This document shows positions 17,030 through 26,743 of a DNA stretch of 64,000 nt, piece by piece. The DNA lies in contig JAWLHB010000045.1 in assembly GCA_041690595.1 (NCBI GenBank), positions 1 through 64,000 on the forward strand, in the 5' to 3' direction. The notes beneath the pieces were generated by a model. The model was not told where the DNA came from. It ran no database searches and saw nothing but the letters and a program-made list of their open reading frames with translations. The position numbers were made by a program, and so were the translations under genes. Within the stretch, counting starts at the first letter, position 1, and each line of letters starts with the position of its first letter. The DNA comes from Lentisphaeria bacterium (GTDB lineage: Bacteria; Verrucomicrobiota; Lentisphaeria; JABSQK01; JAWLHB01).

Positions 17030-20000
17030 ATGACCATCGCACGGCGTGTACTTATCCTTGGGTTGCTTTGCGGCAGCCTGAGCCTGGGGGCTGATCCCTT
17101 TATCGAGAACAGAATCAGCAAGGAGCCGGAGATCCCGGTGACCCTGCACTATGAAGCGGAAAGCTTCAACGGCCTGCCGGTGTATGCGGATTTCCATGAG
17201 CAACCGGGCCAAGGCTGGTATACCAAGGAACATACCCATGCTTCGGGACGTGCTCTGGTCGTATGCGATGCCAAGAGCGAAGGCGCGGTACTGCGTAAGG
17301 AACTGGGCCAGAGTTATCCTGCGGGGGATTATCTGATAGGGGTTCTGGCCGTCCTCACCCGCTGGCGCGCCAACGAGCTGTCTCATTACGGCAGCCCATC
17401 CGGCAACTTGCTCCGGGTAGAATTCGGCACGACGACCGAGGAAGGATTCCGCCCGGTTGCGATGCAACGGCTGAAACTGCTCTATGGCAGTGCCTACGGG
17501 TTCTGTCCGTTGATCGAGATGGAAGAGATCACGCACAAACCAAGCAGTGTACCCGGCGTCGATGTCGAAAGACGCAAGGTTACCTACAGAGATCCTGTGC
17601 TGACGATTGATCAGCCTTGGGATACCATACGCCTGGTTGCGGAACGCATTGTCTCCGGTGGCATGGGCGATGTGCCGGAGTTTCCCATTCCCTACATCGT
17701 GCTGGACAGATTGGTGATCACCAATGAGCCTGGCTACCTCTGGCAAGCCAGTCACAGCGCGCGCTTCAAGCTCTTCACCCGAGTAGAGTTGGATGAGCAG
17801 GCTGCCAGCAAGGCCGCCGCGGCCGAGGCAAAGGCTGAGACAGCCAATACGGAAGCAGCAGAGACGCCGTCTCTATCAGCGACACCGTTGGTCAATCTGG
17901 TCCATGACGGCAGTTTCGAGGTTGGCGGCAAGCCCTATTGGTTTCCCGGTATGCAGGGGAATGCCGACTACACCTTTTCCGTCCAGGATATCGAGCAAGG
18001 CGACGCGGTGCATGGCGAACGTTTTGCCAGGATCCGGCCGGCAGTGTCGCAATCGTACGATGACGAGGTGCCCGAATCGGAGTATGTCTACAGCGCCTCG
18101 GTTCGTAGTGCACCACTGGACGTGGAGGCAGGCACTTATGTGCTCTCTCTGTATGCGCGTGCGAAAGGGATTGCCAAGATGGAAGTGCTTCAGATACCGG
18201 CCTTTGCCCGATCTGGCAGGCATGTCGTGATCAGCTTTGAACCGACGGCGAACTGGAGCGAGCAGACGGCCGAGTTTACGATCAAGACGGATCAGTCCAT
18301 CCAACTGATGGTGATCGTCACCACCAAGGATAAGAGTGCCACGATCGACTTGGATGCGCTACAGGTTCGCCGCCAGGAGGACGGCCAACCCGCAGGATAT
18401 GTGGAGGGTGATGGCGTTGCGGCGCTGGTGGCAAATCCAGCTCGCTATGGGACGTTTCACGATGATGAGCCGGTCTTGTTTGACGCTGTGCTGATAAATG
18501 GCAGTGCCGCCAGCGCGGAACGTCGGCTGGTCTGTGTGGTGAAGGATGTAGCTGGTCTGGTGTACGAAATCAAGAATTGCGTGATCCAAGGTGAACCGGG
18601 TATCACGCGTCAGTCGATCTCCTTCGATTTTGCCGGCTATGGCAACTTTGTCCTGAGTTGTCGTGAAGCCACTGATCAACAACGCGTGTGGCTGGTGCCT
18701 TTCATGCGGGTGCAAGCGCCTGAACGGGTCGAAAGAGAGACGCAGCATCCGGTTTACGTGGGTATGCTGGGTCGCAACATCCGCGATCGCGCCGGCGCCA
18801 TGATGCGCCACTTCGGCTTCGAGTTTCAGAACACGCTGAGCAACAGCACCCTGCGTCCGGAATCCAATACCAACGGTCTCTACCAGCACAAGACCTACGT
18901 CAGGAATGCCCAGCTGGCGAAGTCTGTCGGCATTCGCTGGATACCTTGGATTTATCCCAAGAATCTGGCCCCTTACGACTACGGAACGATCTCCGATGGT
19001 CCTGCCTCGCATGGCGGCAAACCGTGGATGTCGGCTGAGTTCGGTGCCTGGTACAGTCGCTTTCTGCTCGAAGCCTATCGCGATGTGATGGAGCCCGTCT
19101 ACATGGCATCCGATGAGTTCATGAACCAGATCGTGCCGCAATCCGTCGTCCCCTATATGTCGGCCGTCTATCAGGCTTCCAAAGCGACCGCGCCTCACGT
19201 TCAGGTCATGCACTCCATCGAGTTTCAGGCTGCCCAGTACCTGGAGCGGGAGCTTGGCGGCGTCAAGGGGGTCTGGGCCGATATGCTCGGCGGCAGTCGC
19301 TACCAGATGGGTGAACTTTGGTACGAACGTGAGGACAGGTTTGTTCGCCGCCACGACCTGCCGTTCTTTGTCGATGGTGTCGGCTGGTCGGGCAATGGTT
19401 CCGATCTGGGATTCTTCACTGAAAGCGGCCAACCGACCATGCCGGCCAAGTGGTATGGCAATCTCAATGATCAGGCCTGGGATCTCGCATCGATGGTGGC
19501 GACCTATCGACCCGTTAAGTGGTCAGTCTACACCACCAAGTACGCCAGCGGCGCCAGCGACCCGTTCAACCAGATTTCGCCCATTGACGGGCATCTGACC
19601 TCGTACGCGGCGCAGTGGCTGGTGCTCATCCAGTTCATGCGCGAGGCCAGAGCGGGCGGACTCCTTCACCTGGACAATCAGAGCAATCTTAAGGCGTGCG
19701 CCTTTACCATTGGGGAGATGAACTGGGTTGCCCTCTATGCACCATCCCCCTCCCTGCTCAAGGAGATCACGCTTGACGTCCCCGTCGGTGGGCTGCAAAT
19801 CAAGGATTTGCACCTGGTCGAGCGAGAAGCTGCCACCACCTTCAGGCTACGGCGCAACGAGCTGTTGTTTGTCGGCAGCCCAGCCAGAGACTTCGTGGAC
19901 AAAGTACGTCAGCTTCAGGTGAAAGAGCTGCTGGAAGTGCGCTACGTGCTGAAGGCGAATCCCGAAGGCATGGACTGTATCGCCACGATTACCAATCACG

Positions 20001-20935
20001 ACACCATTGCCTACAAGGGGACGCTGACGCTGTTCGAAGACATGCTCAATGGAAAAGGCCCCGTCTCCACGCCGATCACCTTGCTTCCAGGCAAGACCCA
20101 GCAGGTCAGCCAGCCACAGAAGCCGGAGCTCTTCGCCGGGCGTCCCATTACCTACTATCCGGTCAAGGCAGAGCTTGCCCTCGATGGCTTTCTCAATTCC
20201 GGGATCGAAGAGGTACAGGAGTTTCTGAAAAGCACGGCAGAGGGCAACTACATGCTTTCCGGTGAGTACTTCTGGCTCCATTACGCGACACCGTATACCG
20301 CTAAGGATCTGGATGCGCGTCAAGTCGCCACTTGGAACATCGAGCAATCGCCAGCTTCTGTCCTGCTCAACTGGGGGCTGAACGGCTCTTACCAGCGCTT
20401 CCAGGTCCGTGGCAGCGCCATCCACACGGATGCCAACATGCAGGGGGACTCGCGAATGGATCACGACTATTTCTCCACCCACTTCGTGCGCTACGATGAC
20501 AGCGCCCTCTACCTTGGTGCCGTGGTGGAAGAAGCTGTCAGCTTCCCAGGCAAACCGGTGGACGACTGGGGCGAGAAGATCATTTACTACCTGCAGCCCA
20601 GCCTCACCTCTCGGAATACACACGATATCGCCCGGATCGAGGTTATTCAGCTGACCGCCGACACCGTCAAAGCTACCCTTGTTTCCGCCACCCACCCGGA
20701 TGGCCTGCCGCTTCAAGCCAGCGCCAGCCTGCAGAGCAGCAAGCGTATCACCCTGGTCAAAGCTCCCTTCACGGAACTGGGGTTCGATATCGCCCGCCAC
20801 GACACCATCAACTTTGGCATCACCTGTTACGACTCGGATTCCGGCGATGGCTCCACTGAAGCCATCTACGACTGGTCCGGCGCCTCGTTTAAAGAAGGCG
20901 ATCCCCATGGTTTCGGGCAGTTGATATGCCGATGA
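17030..20935 (+). CDS. Large exported multidomain protein (CBM-like, GH-A-like barrel, CBM9-like)
   Basis: RBS GAAAGGA; signal peptide; NLVHDGSFEVG; YDDSALYLGAVVEE..NFGITCYDSD. Confidence 0.75.
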   Translation: MTIARRVLILGLLCGSLSLGADPFIENRISKEPEIPVTLHYEAESFNGLPVYADFHEQPGQGWYTKEHTHASGRALVVCDAKSEGAVLRKELGQSYPAGDYLIGVLAVLTRWRANELSHYGSPSGNLLRVEFGTTTEEGFRPVAMQRLKLLYGSAYGFCPLIEMEEITHKPSSVPGVDVERRKVTYRDPVLTIDQPWDTIRLVAERIVSGGMGDVPEFPIPYIVLDRLVITNEPGYLWQASHSARFKLFTRVELDEQAASKAAAAEAKAETANTEAAETPSLSATPLVNLVHDGSFEVGGKPYWFPGMQGNADYTFSVQDIEQGDAVHGERFARIRPAVSQSYDDEVPESEYVYSASVRSAPLDVEAGTYVLSLYARAKGIAKMEVLQIPAFARSGRHVVISFEPTANWSEQTAEFTIKTDQSIQLMVIVTTKDKSATIDLDALQVRRQEDGQPAGYVEGDGVAALVANPARYGTFHDDEPVLFDAVLINGSAASAERRLVCVVKDVAGLVYEIKNCVIQGEPGITRQSISFDFAGYGNFVLSCREATDQQRVWLVPFMRVQAPERVERETQHPVYVGMLGRNIRDRAGAMMRHFGFEFQNTLSNSTLRPESNTNGLYQHKTYVRNAQLAKSVGIRWIPWIYPKNLAPYDYGTISDGPASHGGKPWMSAEFGAWYSRFLLEAYRDVMEPVYMASDEFMNQIVPQSVVPYMSAVYQASKATAPHVQVMHSIEFQAAQYLERELGGVKGVWADMLGGSRYQMGELWYEREDRFVRRHDLPFFVDGVGWSGNGSDLGFFTESGQPTMPAKWYGNLNDQAWDLASMVATYRPVKWSVYTTKYASGASDPFNQISPIDGHLTSYAAQWLVLIQFMREARAGGLLHLDNQSNLKACAFTIGEMNWVALYAPSPSLLKEITLDVPVGGLQIKDLHLVEREAATTFRLRRNELLFVGSPARDFVDKVRQLQVKELLEVRYVLKANPEGMDCIATITNHDTIAYKGTLTLFEDMLNGKGPVSTPITLLPGKTQQVSQPQKPELFAGRPITYYPVKAELALDGFLNSGIEEVQEFLKSTAEGNYMLSGEYFWLHYATPYTAKDLDARQVATWNIEQSPASVLLNWGLNGSYQRFQVRGSAIHTDANMQGDSRMDHDYFSTHFVRYDDSALYLGAVVEEAVSFPGKPVDDWGEKIIYYLQPSLTSRNTHDIARIEVIQLTADTVKATLVSATHPDGLPLQASASLQSSKRITLVKAPFTELGFDIARHDTINFGITCYDSDSGDGSTEAIYDWSGASFKEGDPHGFGQLICR

Positions 20936-21665
20936 AGCTCCGTGCCGACGACGCTGCAGTGTTCGCATCCGTCCACAGCTTCTGCATCTGCAGCTCTGGT
21001 ATTGCCACCAGCAGGTACGGCAGGGCAAACGCAGCATCGACTTTGCTCTCCGACACTGGACAGGCATCCGTGCCTTCATTGCCGCTGACGCCCCGTTGAT
21101 GGACGAGGTCGCCGCATCGCTGACTGGGCTTCACGCCGCCGCTGATGCGCCCGACACCTTTGCCGACGCGGGGAGTCGCTACCTGCGGCCCTACCTCGAT
21201 CATGCCGATGCTCAGCGGTTGCCCGCCATTCACACCTGGCACGGCTGCTTCCGCGCTGAACTCGCCACCGATGGCATCACCACCAACCTTCACTTCTATA
21301 ATGCCTGCTGCCCGGAGTCGCCCTTTGCCGACATGGCTGCTCGTCGTGCCGACCTGCACGCCTGCCTGGCCGACATCGCCCACCAGCATCCGCGGATTAC
21401 CCACGTCCGCTGCGCCAGCTGGATCAACAGCCTGCCCCCCTTCCAGTCGCTCTTTCCCCAAGCCTACGTCGAGAGCCTGGAAAAAACCGACCCTGATGGC
21501 AAGACCGGTCTCGGCTGGTGGGGGCAGTTCATTTCCAAAGAGAATCGACTCAATCACCACCGGGTTGCCCAGTTCAAAGCGACTGGCACCTTCACGTACC
21601 ACCGTCTGGCCGGTGTCTGCCTGCTGACGCAGCTCCAGTTCCGCAAGAACCTCAGTGGTCGATAA
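20932..21665 (+). pseudogene. Hypothetical protein with an apparent frameshift near 20960-20975
   Basis: The ATG at 20932 overlaps the upstream stop (ATGA), but the long frame (PQLLHLQLWY..SWINSLPPFQSLFP..GWWGQF) is a different frame with no ATG until 21099. Confidence 0.55.
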
Positions 21666-21745
21666 AGGCCAAGGCCGCCAACGCCGTGCATCAACAGCCG
21701 TAAGAACCATGCAAGATGGGCAATGGGGCACTGCCTCACGGGTGG

Positions 21746-21828
21746 ACCTGTCAGGTCTGCTACCCGAGCTCTTGGGCAAGGCCGATGAGTAGTCCTTCGG
21801 GGCCGCGAATGTAGCAGAGGCGATACGT
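21746..21828. repeat. 83-bp dispersed structured element, copy 2
   Basis: 77/83 identical to 2373..2455; perfect stem TCTGCTAC/GTAGCAGA. Confidence 0.9.
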
Positions 21829-21927
21829 GTCCTCGTACTGGACCACTTCGCCGACGAGGGTCGCGCCAGGCTGAAGGCCTGCCATTGTGCAAAGTTTTAC
21901 GATGAATCTTGGCTCGCCTCTACGCGA

Positions 21928-24603
21928 TTACTGGGGGGGCGTCTCAGGGGTAGCGGGTGGCGTTGGGGGGCTATCGGAAAAGAGCCAGCCCAGGCTGTTG
22001 GGGTGCATGGACCAGCGCCGGGGGACAGCGGCGACCCAGCACGAACGACGCCCGTTGTTGAGACGGAAGAAGTTGAGTTGCAGGCGCCCAGCACGGGCCA
22101 GCTCATGCTGGCTTTCCACGGATAGCTCCATGCTCAGTTCCACGATCCAACCATCGTCGGCAGGTGCGACCGCGACGGTGGCGGCATCTTCGGTGGGGTA
22201 GTAGCGGCCCCCCGAGTTGCGCCCGTTGAAGACGCCGCCGCTGGGGGTTACGATAAGCAGGGCATCGCGGGCGATGGCTACGCCGAAGCTGTCGCCTCTC
22301 AGGTAGGGGAATTGACGGGCATTGTCGCCAGGCTGGACCCAGCCGTCGGCGTCCAGCGTCAAGTCGTTGTAGCCGCTGACTGCGCTGATGATCGTGTCGG
22401 GCGGCTGAATGCAGTGCGCCGCCACGTAGAGTCGCCCGTTCCTGACCGCCAACCAGCAGGTGGTGCGTGCTTCGTCGGGCCGCAGCTCGTATGGGTACTG
22501 CAGGAGAGAGCCTTGGAACGAAGGTTCTCCCCATTCGGTGAGCTTGGCATCGACGACTGGGGGCGCCACCGGGGTAGTCGCCGTCATCGTCGTACCGGTG
22601 GCCAATGGTTCGATTATCGCCTTGGCCAGGGGGGCACCCGCCACGTCTTCGAGCCGTGCCTGGATGGCGGCGTCGGTCTCGGCCTCAGTCTTGGCCAATG
22701 TACCGGAGGTGAGCGTGTCGATGATGCGGCGGACAACCGGCGCTTCGGTGTCCCAGGCAGCGAAGGACTGGTGCTTGCCGGTGAAGTGTTCCTGGGAGAA
22801 TTCGTGGAAGGCAAAGGGGGCGCGCGGCTGCAGCTCGGCCATATAGTTTTCGAGGTCGGGGAAGCCGGCCCAGCCTTCCAGGGCGTGCAGCCAGGTGGGC
22901 AGATCGGTGGTGGCTGGCAGGGCTTGCAACCGCATGGCAGAGGCGTACCGGGTACTGGCAAGGCGGGTGGCGCCGAAGCTGTCGCGGAAGTAGTGAAGAC
23001 GGGCAAGGGCAGGCGGATCGGATGTCTGGCGCTCGGCTGTGGCGAGCAACTCCCAGGCGCGGTCGCAGACGGCGGGCGGGAAGACCTCGGTGAGCTGCTC
23101 AGCCTTGTACTGGCTGGTGAAGAGCCGGTACATACCGCGGCGGGCGTTGGTTGGCTGCTGATTGGCCCAGGCCTCCTCCAGGTAGTCGAAGTAAGCACGC
23201 ATGGCGGGAGCGGCATCGCCGAAGAGTGCCCGGCACCAGGCATCGAGCAGCGGGTCGACCTCCAGCTCCGGGTTCCAGAGCAGCTTCTCGGCGACCCAGA
23301 GCTTGGGGCCGTCCAGGCCCCAGGCGGGGTAAGCTTCGGCATAGAAGCCGCGCGCCCCGTGGGCATGGGCGAAGCGCAACCCCTCGGCGAACTCATGCAG
23401 GTAGAGCCGGGGGATCATGAACCCGTAGCCGTAGAAGTACTCGTAGATGCCGAACTGGTGGGACATGGCGCCCCAGCGAGCAATGTGGGCGTAGAGACGC
23501 TCTTTGTAGCCAGTATCCCAGCAGTCGGCAAAACTAAGCGTCAGGTACGGCATCAGCAGCGGGTGGAGCCGCTCGGGGTACCAGTCGGAGAGATCACTGT
23601 AGACCAGGAAGCCGAGGCGGACGTCGGGATGCGTCGTGGCGACCTGTTCGGCGATCGCGTTGTAGAAGCGGTACATGCGGTAGCCGTTGGCGGCGTCGCT
23701 GGCGGGCTCCACGCCAGGCGGCGAATCCGCCAGACAAAGGGCGCAGTTGCAGAAGCCGCCACTGTCGTTTACCCCCAGGCTGTAGCTGGTCGCCTTGGGG
23801 TTGGCGACGAAATAGGCGTTGATGGTCTCGACGGCGATCCTCAGAACGTCTGGCTGGGAGGTGCATGGCTGCCAATAGGCGGTCTTCCCTGGAGCGGGCA
23901 CAAACCGCTCTCCCGGCTTAAGATGGCTGTACAGCGGATGCTTCAGCCGGGCCGGGTTGATCACCGGGAAATAGTCGGGATGGTCGGCATGCCGGTCCGG
24001 GCTGATCAGGTTGTAGAGGTTGTGGTGAAAGCGGAAGCGCCCGCCGCCGCCAGAGGTACGAAGGCGCCACCCGGGACCGCCCGCACCAGCATAGCCACTC
24101 CAGTGACGGTGCAGATAGGCGGGATTCTCCAGGTGCAGGCCCAGCGGGACGGTCAGCCTGGCCGGAGGCCTGACGACGCAGCCCAGGTCACCGGGGAAGA
24201 AGGCGTCGACACCCAGGAAACGGCGGGCGAAGTCTGCCTGGGCGCAGATGATCGGGTCCCGACTATCGGTGGTGGGCGGCAGCGCCTCAATGATGATGCG
24301 CTTGGCCTCCACCAGGAAGAGATAGCCTTCGGCGTCAAGCTGGGCACGGTAGGGGGCAACGGCCTGGCTGATCTCGCCGCGGGGGGAAATGTAGATGGGC
24401 AGGTCGTCTGCCGCCGGCTGGTAGCCCTGTTCGCGTACCATTGGCGGGGCCTTTCCGGTCGCCGCCTCGAAGGCGGCTTGCAGCGTTTGCCCCTGGCCGA
24501 CAATAACCACGCGTTGGTCTGGAGCATCCAGCGACAGCAGGTTCGCGGAAAAACCGGTAGAGGCCATGCAGATCCCCAGCAACATGAACAGTCTTACAAG
24601 CAT
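21928..24603 (-). CDS. Exported DUF4838-like protein with C-terminal CBM9-like region
   Basis: Signal peptide; FHHNLY, WQPCTSQP, SLGVNDSGGFCNC, GIYEY, GARGFYAE, KLLWNPE, AMRAYFDYLE. Confidence 0.75.
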   Translation of the reverse strand: MLVRLFMLLGICMASTGFSANLLSLDAPDQRVVIVGQGQTLQAAFEAATGKAPPMVREQGYQPAADDLPIYISPRGEISQAVAPYRAQLDAEGYLFLVEAKRIIIEALPPTTDSRDPIICAQADFARRFLGVDAFFPGDLGCVVRPPARLTVPLGLHLENPAYLHRHWSGYAGAGGPGWRLRTSGGGGRFRFHHNLYNLISPDRHADHPDYFPVINPARLKHPLYSHLKPGERFVPAPGKTAYWQPCTSQPDVLRIAVETINAYFVANPKATSYSLGVNDSGGFCNCALCLADSPPGVEPASDAANGYRMYRFYNAIAEQVATTHPDVRLGFLVYSDLSDWYPERLHPLLMPYLTLSFADCWDTGYKERLYAHIARWGAMSHQFGIYEYFYGYGFMIPRLYLHEFAEGLRFAHAHGARGFYAEAYPAWGLDGPKLWVAEKLLWNPELEVDPLLDAWCRALFGDAAPAMRAYFDYLEEAWANQQPTNARRGMYRLFTSQYKAEQLTEVFPPAVCDRAWELLATAERQTSDPPALARLHYFRDSFGATRLASTRYASAMRLQALPATTDLPTWLHALEGWAGFPDLENYMAELQPRAPFAFHEFSQEHFTGKHQSFAAWDTEAPVVRRIIDTLTSGTLAKTEAETDAAIQARLEDVAGAPLAKAIIEPLATGTTMTATTPVAPPVVDAKLTEWGEPSFQGSLLQYPYELRPDEARTTCWLAVRNGRLYVAAHCIQPPDTIISAVSGYNDLTLDADGWVQPGDNARQFPYLRGDSFGVAIARDALLIVTPSGGVFNGRNSGGRYYPTEDAATVAVAPADDGWIVELSMELSVESQHELARAGRLQLNFFRLNNGRRSCWVAAVPRRWSMHPNSLGWLFSDSPPTPPATPETPPQ

Positions 24604-24677
24604 CGATCGCCTCCCGGAGTGATGATATTCAGCGGTGTCACGCCGCCAACCAAACGGAACGGTTGCCTGCAGGCAGG

Positions 24678-25496
24678 TTACCGGGTCGGATCCCAGAAAC
24701 TGGTTTGCCAGTAGAAGCTGGTGGTGCCGTTGGATTTGGTGGACAGGATGGAGACGGTGTTTTCGACGGTGACATGGCCGTCCGCATAGGCCAGGGAGGT
24801 CGATGTGTTGCCCCGGTGTCGGTGGGAAATCTGCTCGTTGGTGAGCCGGTGTGCCGAATCGGTACCGTAGTTGTAGCGCTGGTAAATGGGGATCATGAAG
24901 TCGCCGCCGACATTGTAGGAGGCGCTGTACCAGTTGCGGGTATCCCCGAAAGCGACTGTCTGGCTGGGGTTCTTCCAGCTTCCACTTCGCTTTTCATTCA
25001 GCCCTTGGGTCGTGGCGCCGACCTGGCCGCCCAGCAGGTAGTTGAAGCCGTAGACAAAGCCAAAGTAATTGAGTATAGACCAGGCGCGGGTGGAATTGTT
25101 GGAGGTCAACAAGTTGTCGACGGTCCGACCTGAGGTCGGGCAGATCAGCGTTTTGTAGCTCTGGAAGTGATCCCAAAGCTGGAAGTGCCAATACCAGCCC
25201 ATATTGGAAACCAGGGTAGGGTGATGTGGCTGGGCGCCGGGTATGGGGGCGCCGGTGTTCGGAGCGGGTCCGGCGCCGATGTGTGGGGCAAAGTCTTCGT
25301 TCTCGTCCAGGTAGAGGGTCAGGGCCAGGCCAAGTTGTTTGAGGTTGTTCTGGCAGGCCGCATCCTGTGCCCGGCCGCGGGCGGAGGAAAGGGCAGGCAG
25401 AAGGAGCGACGCGAGAATGGCGATGATCGCCACCACGACCAGCAACTCGATCAGCGTAAAGGCGGAGCGTGGGCGGGGTTTGTTCAGCAAAGGCAT
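24678..25496 (-). CDS. Prepilin-type N-terminal cleavage/methylation domain protein (DUF1559/H-X9-DG-like)
   Basis: [77 protein letters not shown]. Confidence 0.93.
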   Translation of the reverse strand: MPLLNKPRPRSAFTLIELLVVVAIIAILASLLLPALSSARGRAQDAACQNNLKQLGLALTLYLDENEDFAPHIGAGPAPNTGAPIPGAQPHHPTLVSNMGWYWHFQLWDHFQSYKTLICPTSGRTVDNLLTSNNSTRAWSILNYFGFVYGFNYLLGGQVGATTQGLNEKRSGSWKNPSQTVAFGDTRNWYSASYNVGGDFMIPIYQRYNYGTDSAHRLTNEQISHRHRGNTSTSLAYADGHVTVENTVSILSTKSNGTTSFYWQTSFWDPTR

Positions 25497-25701
25497 GACG
25501 GACACCTCCTGGTTGAGTTGGATTTATCCAACATAGTATATGTAATAACCATAGTCAAATCCATGTTTAAGGCTTTCTTTCCAGATATATATCGGTCGAT
25601 TGGAAGATAGATCAAAAAAACCATAATAAAACCCTGGTTTCACGATTTGCATTCCATGGGGATTTCCATCATAGTAGTGGGCAATGGGAGAATCTTGCAC
25701 G

Positions 25702-26721
25702 ATGATGACTGAGAAATACACGGATATCAGCGCCGTCCTGGCGGATCGGATCACGACGGGTGAATATGACGAGAAGCTGCCGATCGCCAGCGAGATCGCC
25801 AGTGAATTCGAGGTCAATATCAAGACAGCGCAGAAAGCGGTCAAGGTGTTGGGCCGCCGGGGTTTGGTGGTCACCCGTCGTGGTCGCGGCAGCTACGTCG
25901 TCGCCAATGGGCCGGCATCCACCTCGCAGACCCATGCGTACCTGTTGCCCTTGGCGGCAGATGCCGACAGCGTTCGCAATCCGTGGCGAGCCACGATCAT
26001 GCACGTGGTGGAAGCGTTCTGGGAGGCGGCGGCGCGCAAGAACGTCCAGTTGACCATGCTGCCCAGCCAGCCGGAGCGCGGTCAACTCCCGGCCGACGCG
26101 GTGGTCGTCAGCCTGCCATGGCAACCCCCGGAGACGATCGCCGACCTGGTGGGAGGTGGTTATCAGCTGCTTGCCCTCAATTTCATGCGCGATGCTTATC
26201 CCCAGACCTGCAATCTGCCCTTTGTGGCGATCGCCAATCATGCGCGGCTCGAGGTGCGGGACGCGGTTGCCCACCTGGTGGTGCGCGGCCGCTCGCGCCT
26301 GGCTTTCATCGAGCCGGATGTTCGCGGCCAGCACCTGATGCCCATGCTGATCGATGAGCTGGTGGAGCGGGATCTGCCGGTGCTCGATCGCGCCATGATC
26401 CGTGGCACCGGGGAAACCGCGGTTCGCGAGCTACTGGCGCGCAGGGTGGATATCGATGCCCTGGTGGTGCGCGACTACAGCGACGCCCTGACCGCCATTC
26501 GACTGCTGGAAGAGCAGGGCAGCCGGGTGCCTCAGGACATGGCGGTGCTGACCTTGCAGGGAGAAGGTTCGGACGTGCGTGGCGCCACGCACCAGATAAC
26601 CTACTTTGCCGCCAATTTCGAGGCAATGGCGCGAGTCGCCATCGACTTGTTGACATCCGGCAACCTCAAACCTAAAACCCACCTGGTTCCCAAAACACTG
26701 GTCGCGGGAACAACGACTTGA
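25702..26721 (+). CDS. GntR wHTH plus LacI-type sensor domain regulator
   Basis: KLPIASEIASEFEVNIKTAQKAV..RRGRGSYV; AVAHLVVRGRSRLAFI; RVPQDMAVL. Confidence 0.9.
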   Translation: MMTEKYTDISAVLADRITTGEYDEKLPIASEIASEFEVNIKTAQKAVKVLGRRGLVVTRRGRGSYVVANGPASTSQTHAYLLPLAADADSVRNPWRATIMHVVEAFWEAAARKNVQLTMLPSQPERGQLPADAVVVSLPWQPPETIADLVGGGYQLLALNFMRDAYPQTCNLPFVAIANHARLEVRDAVAHLVVRGRSRLAFIEPDVRGQHLMPMLIDELVERDLPVLDRAMIRGTGETAVRELLARRVDIDALVVRDYSDALTAIRLLEEQGSRVPQDMAVLTLQGEGSDVRGATHQITYFAANFEAMARVAIDLLTSGNLKPKTHLVPKTLVAGTTT

Positions 26722-26743
26722 CACCTATCCATGGAGTCGCACC

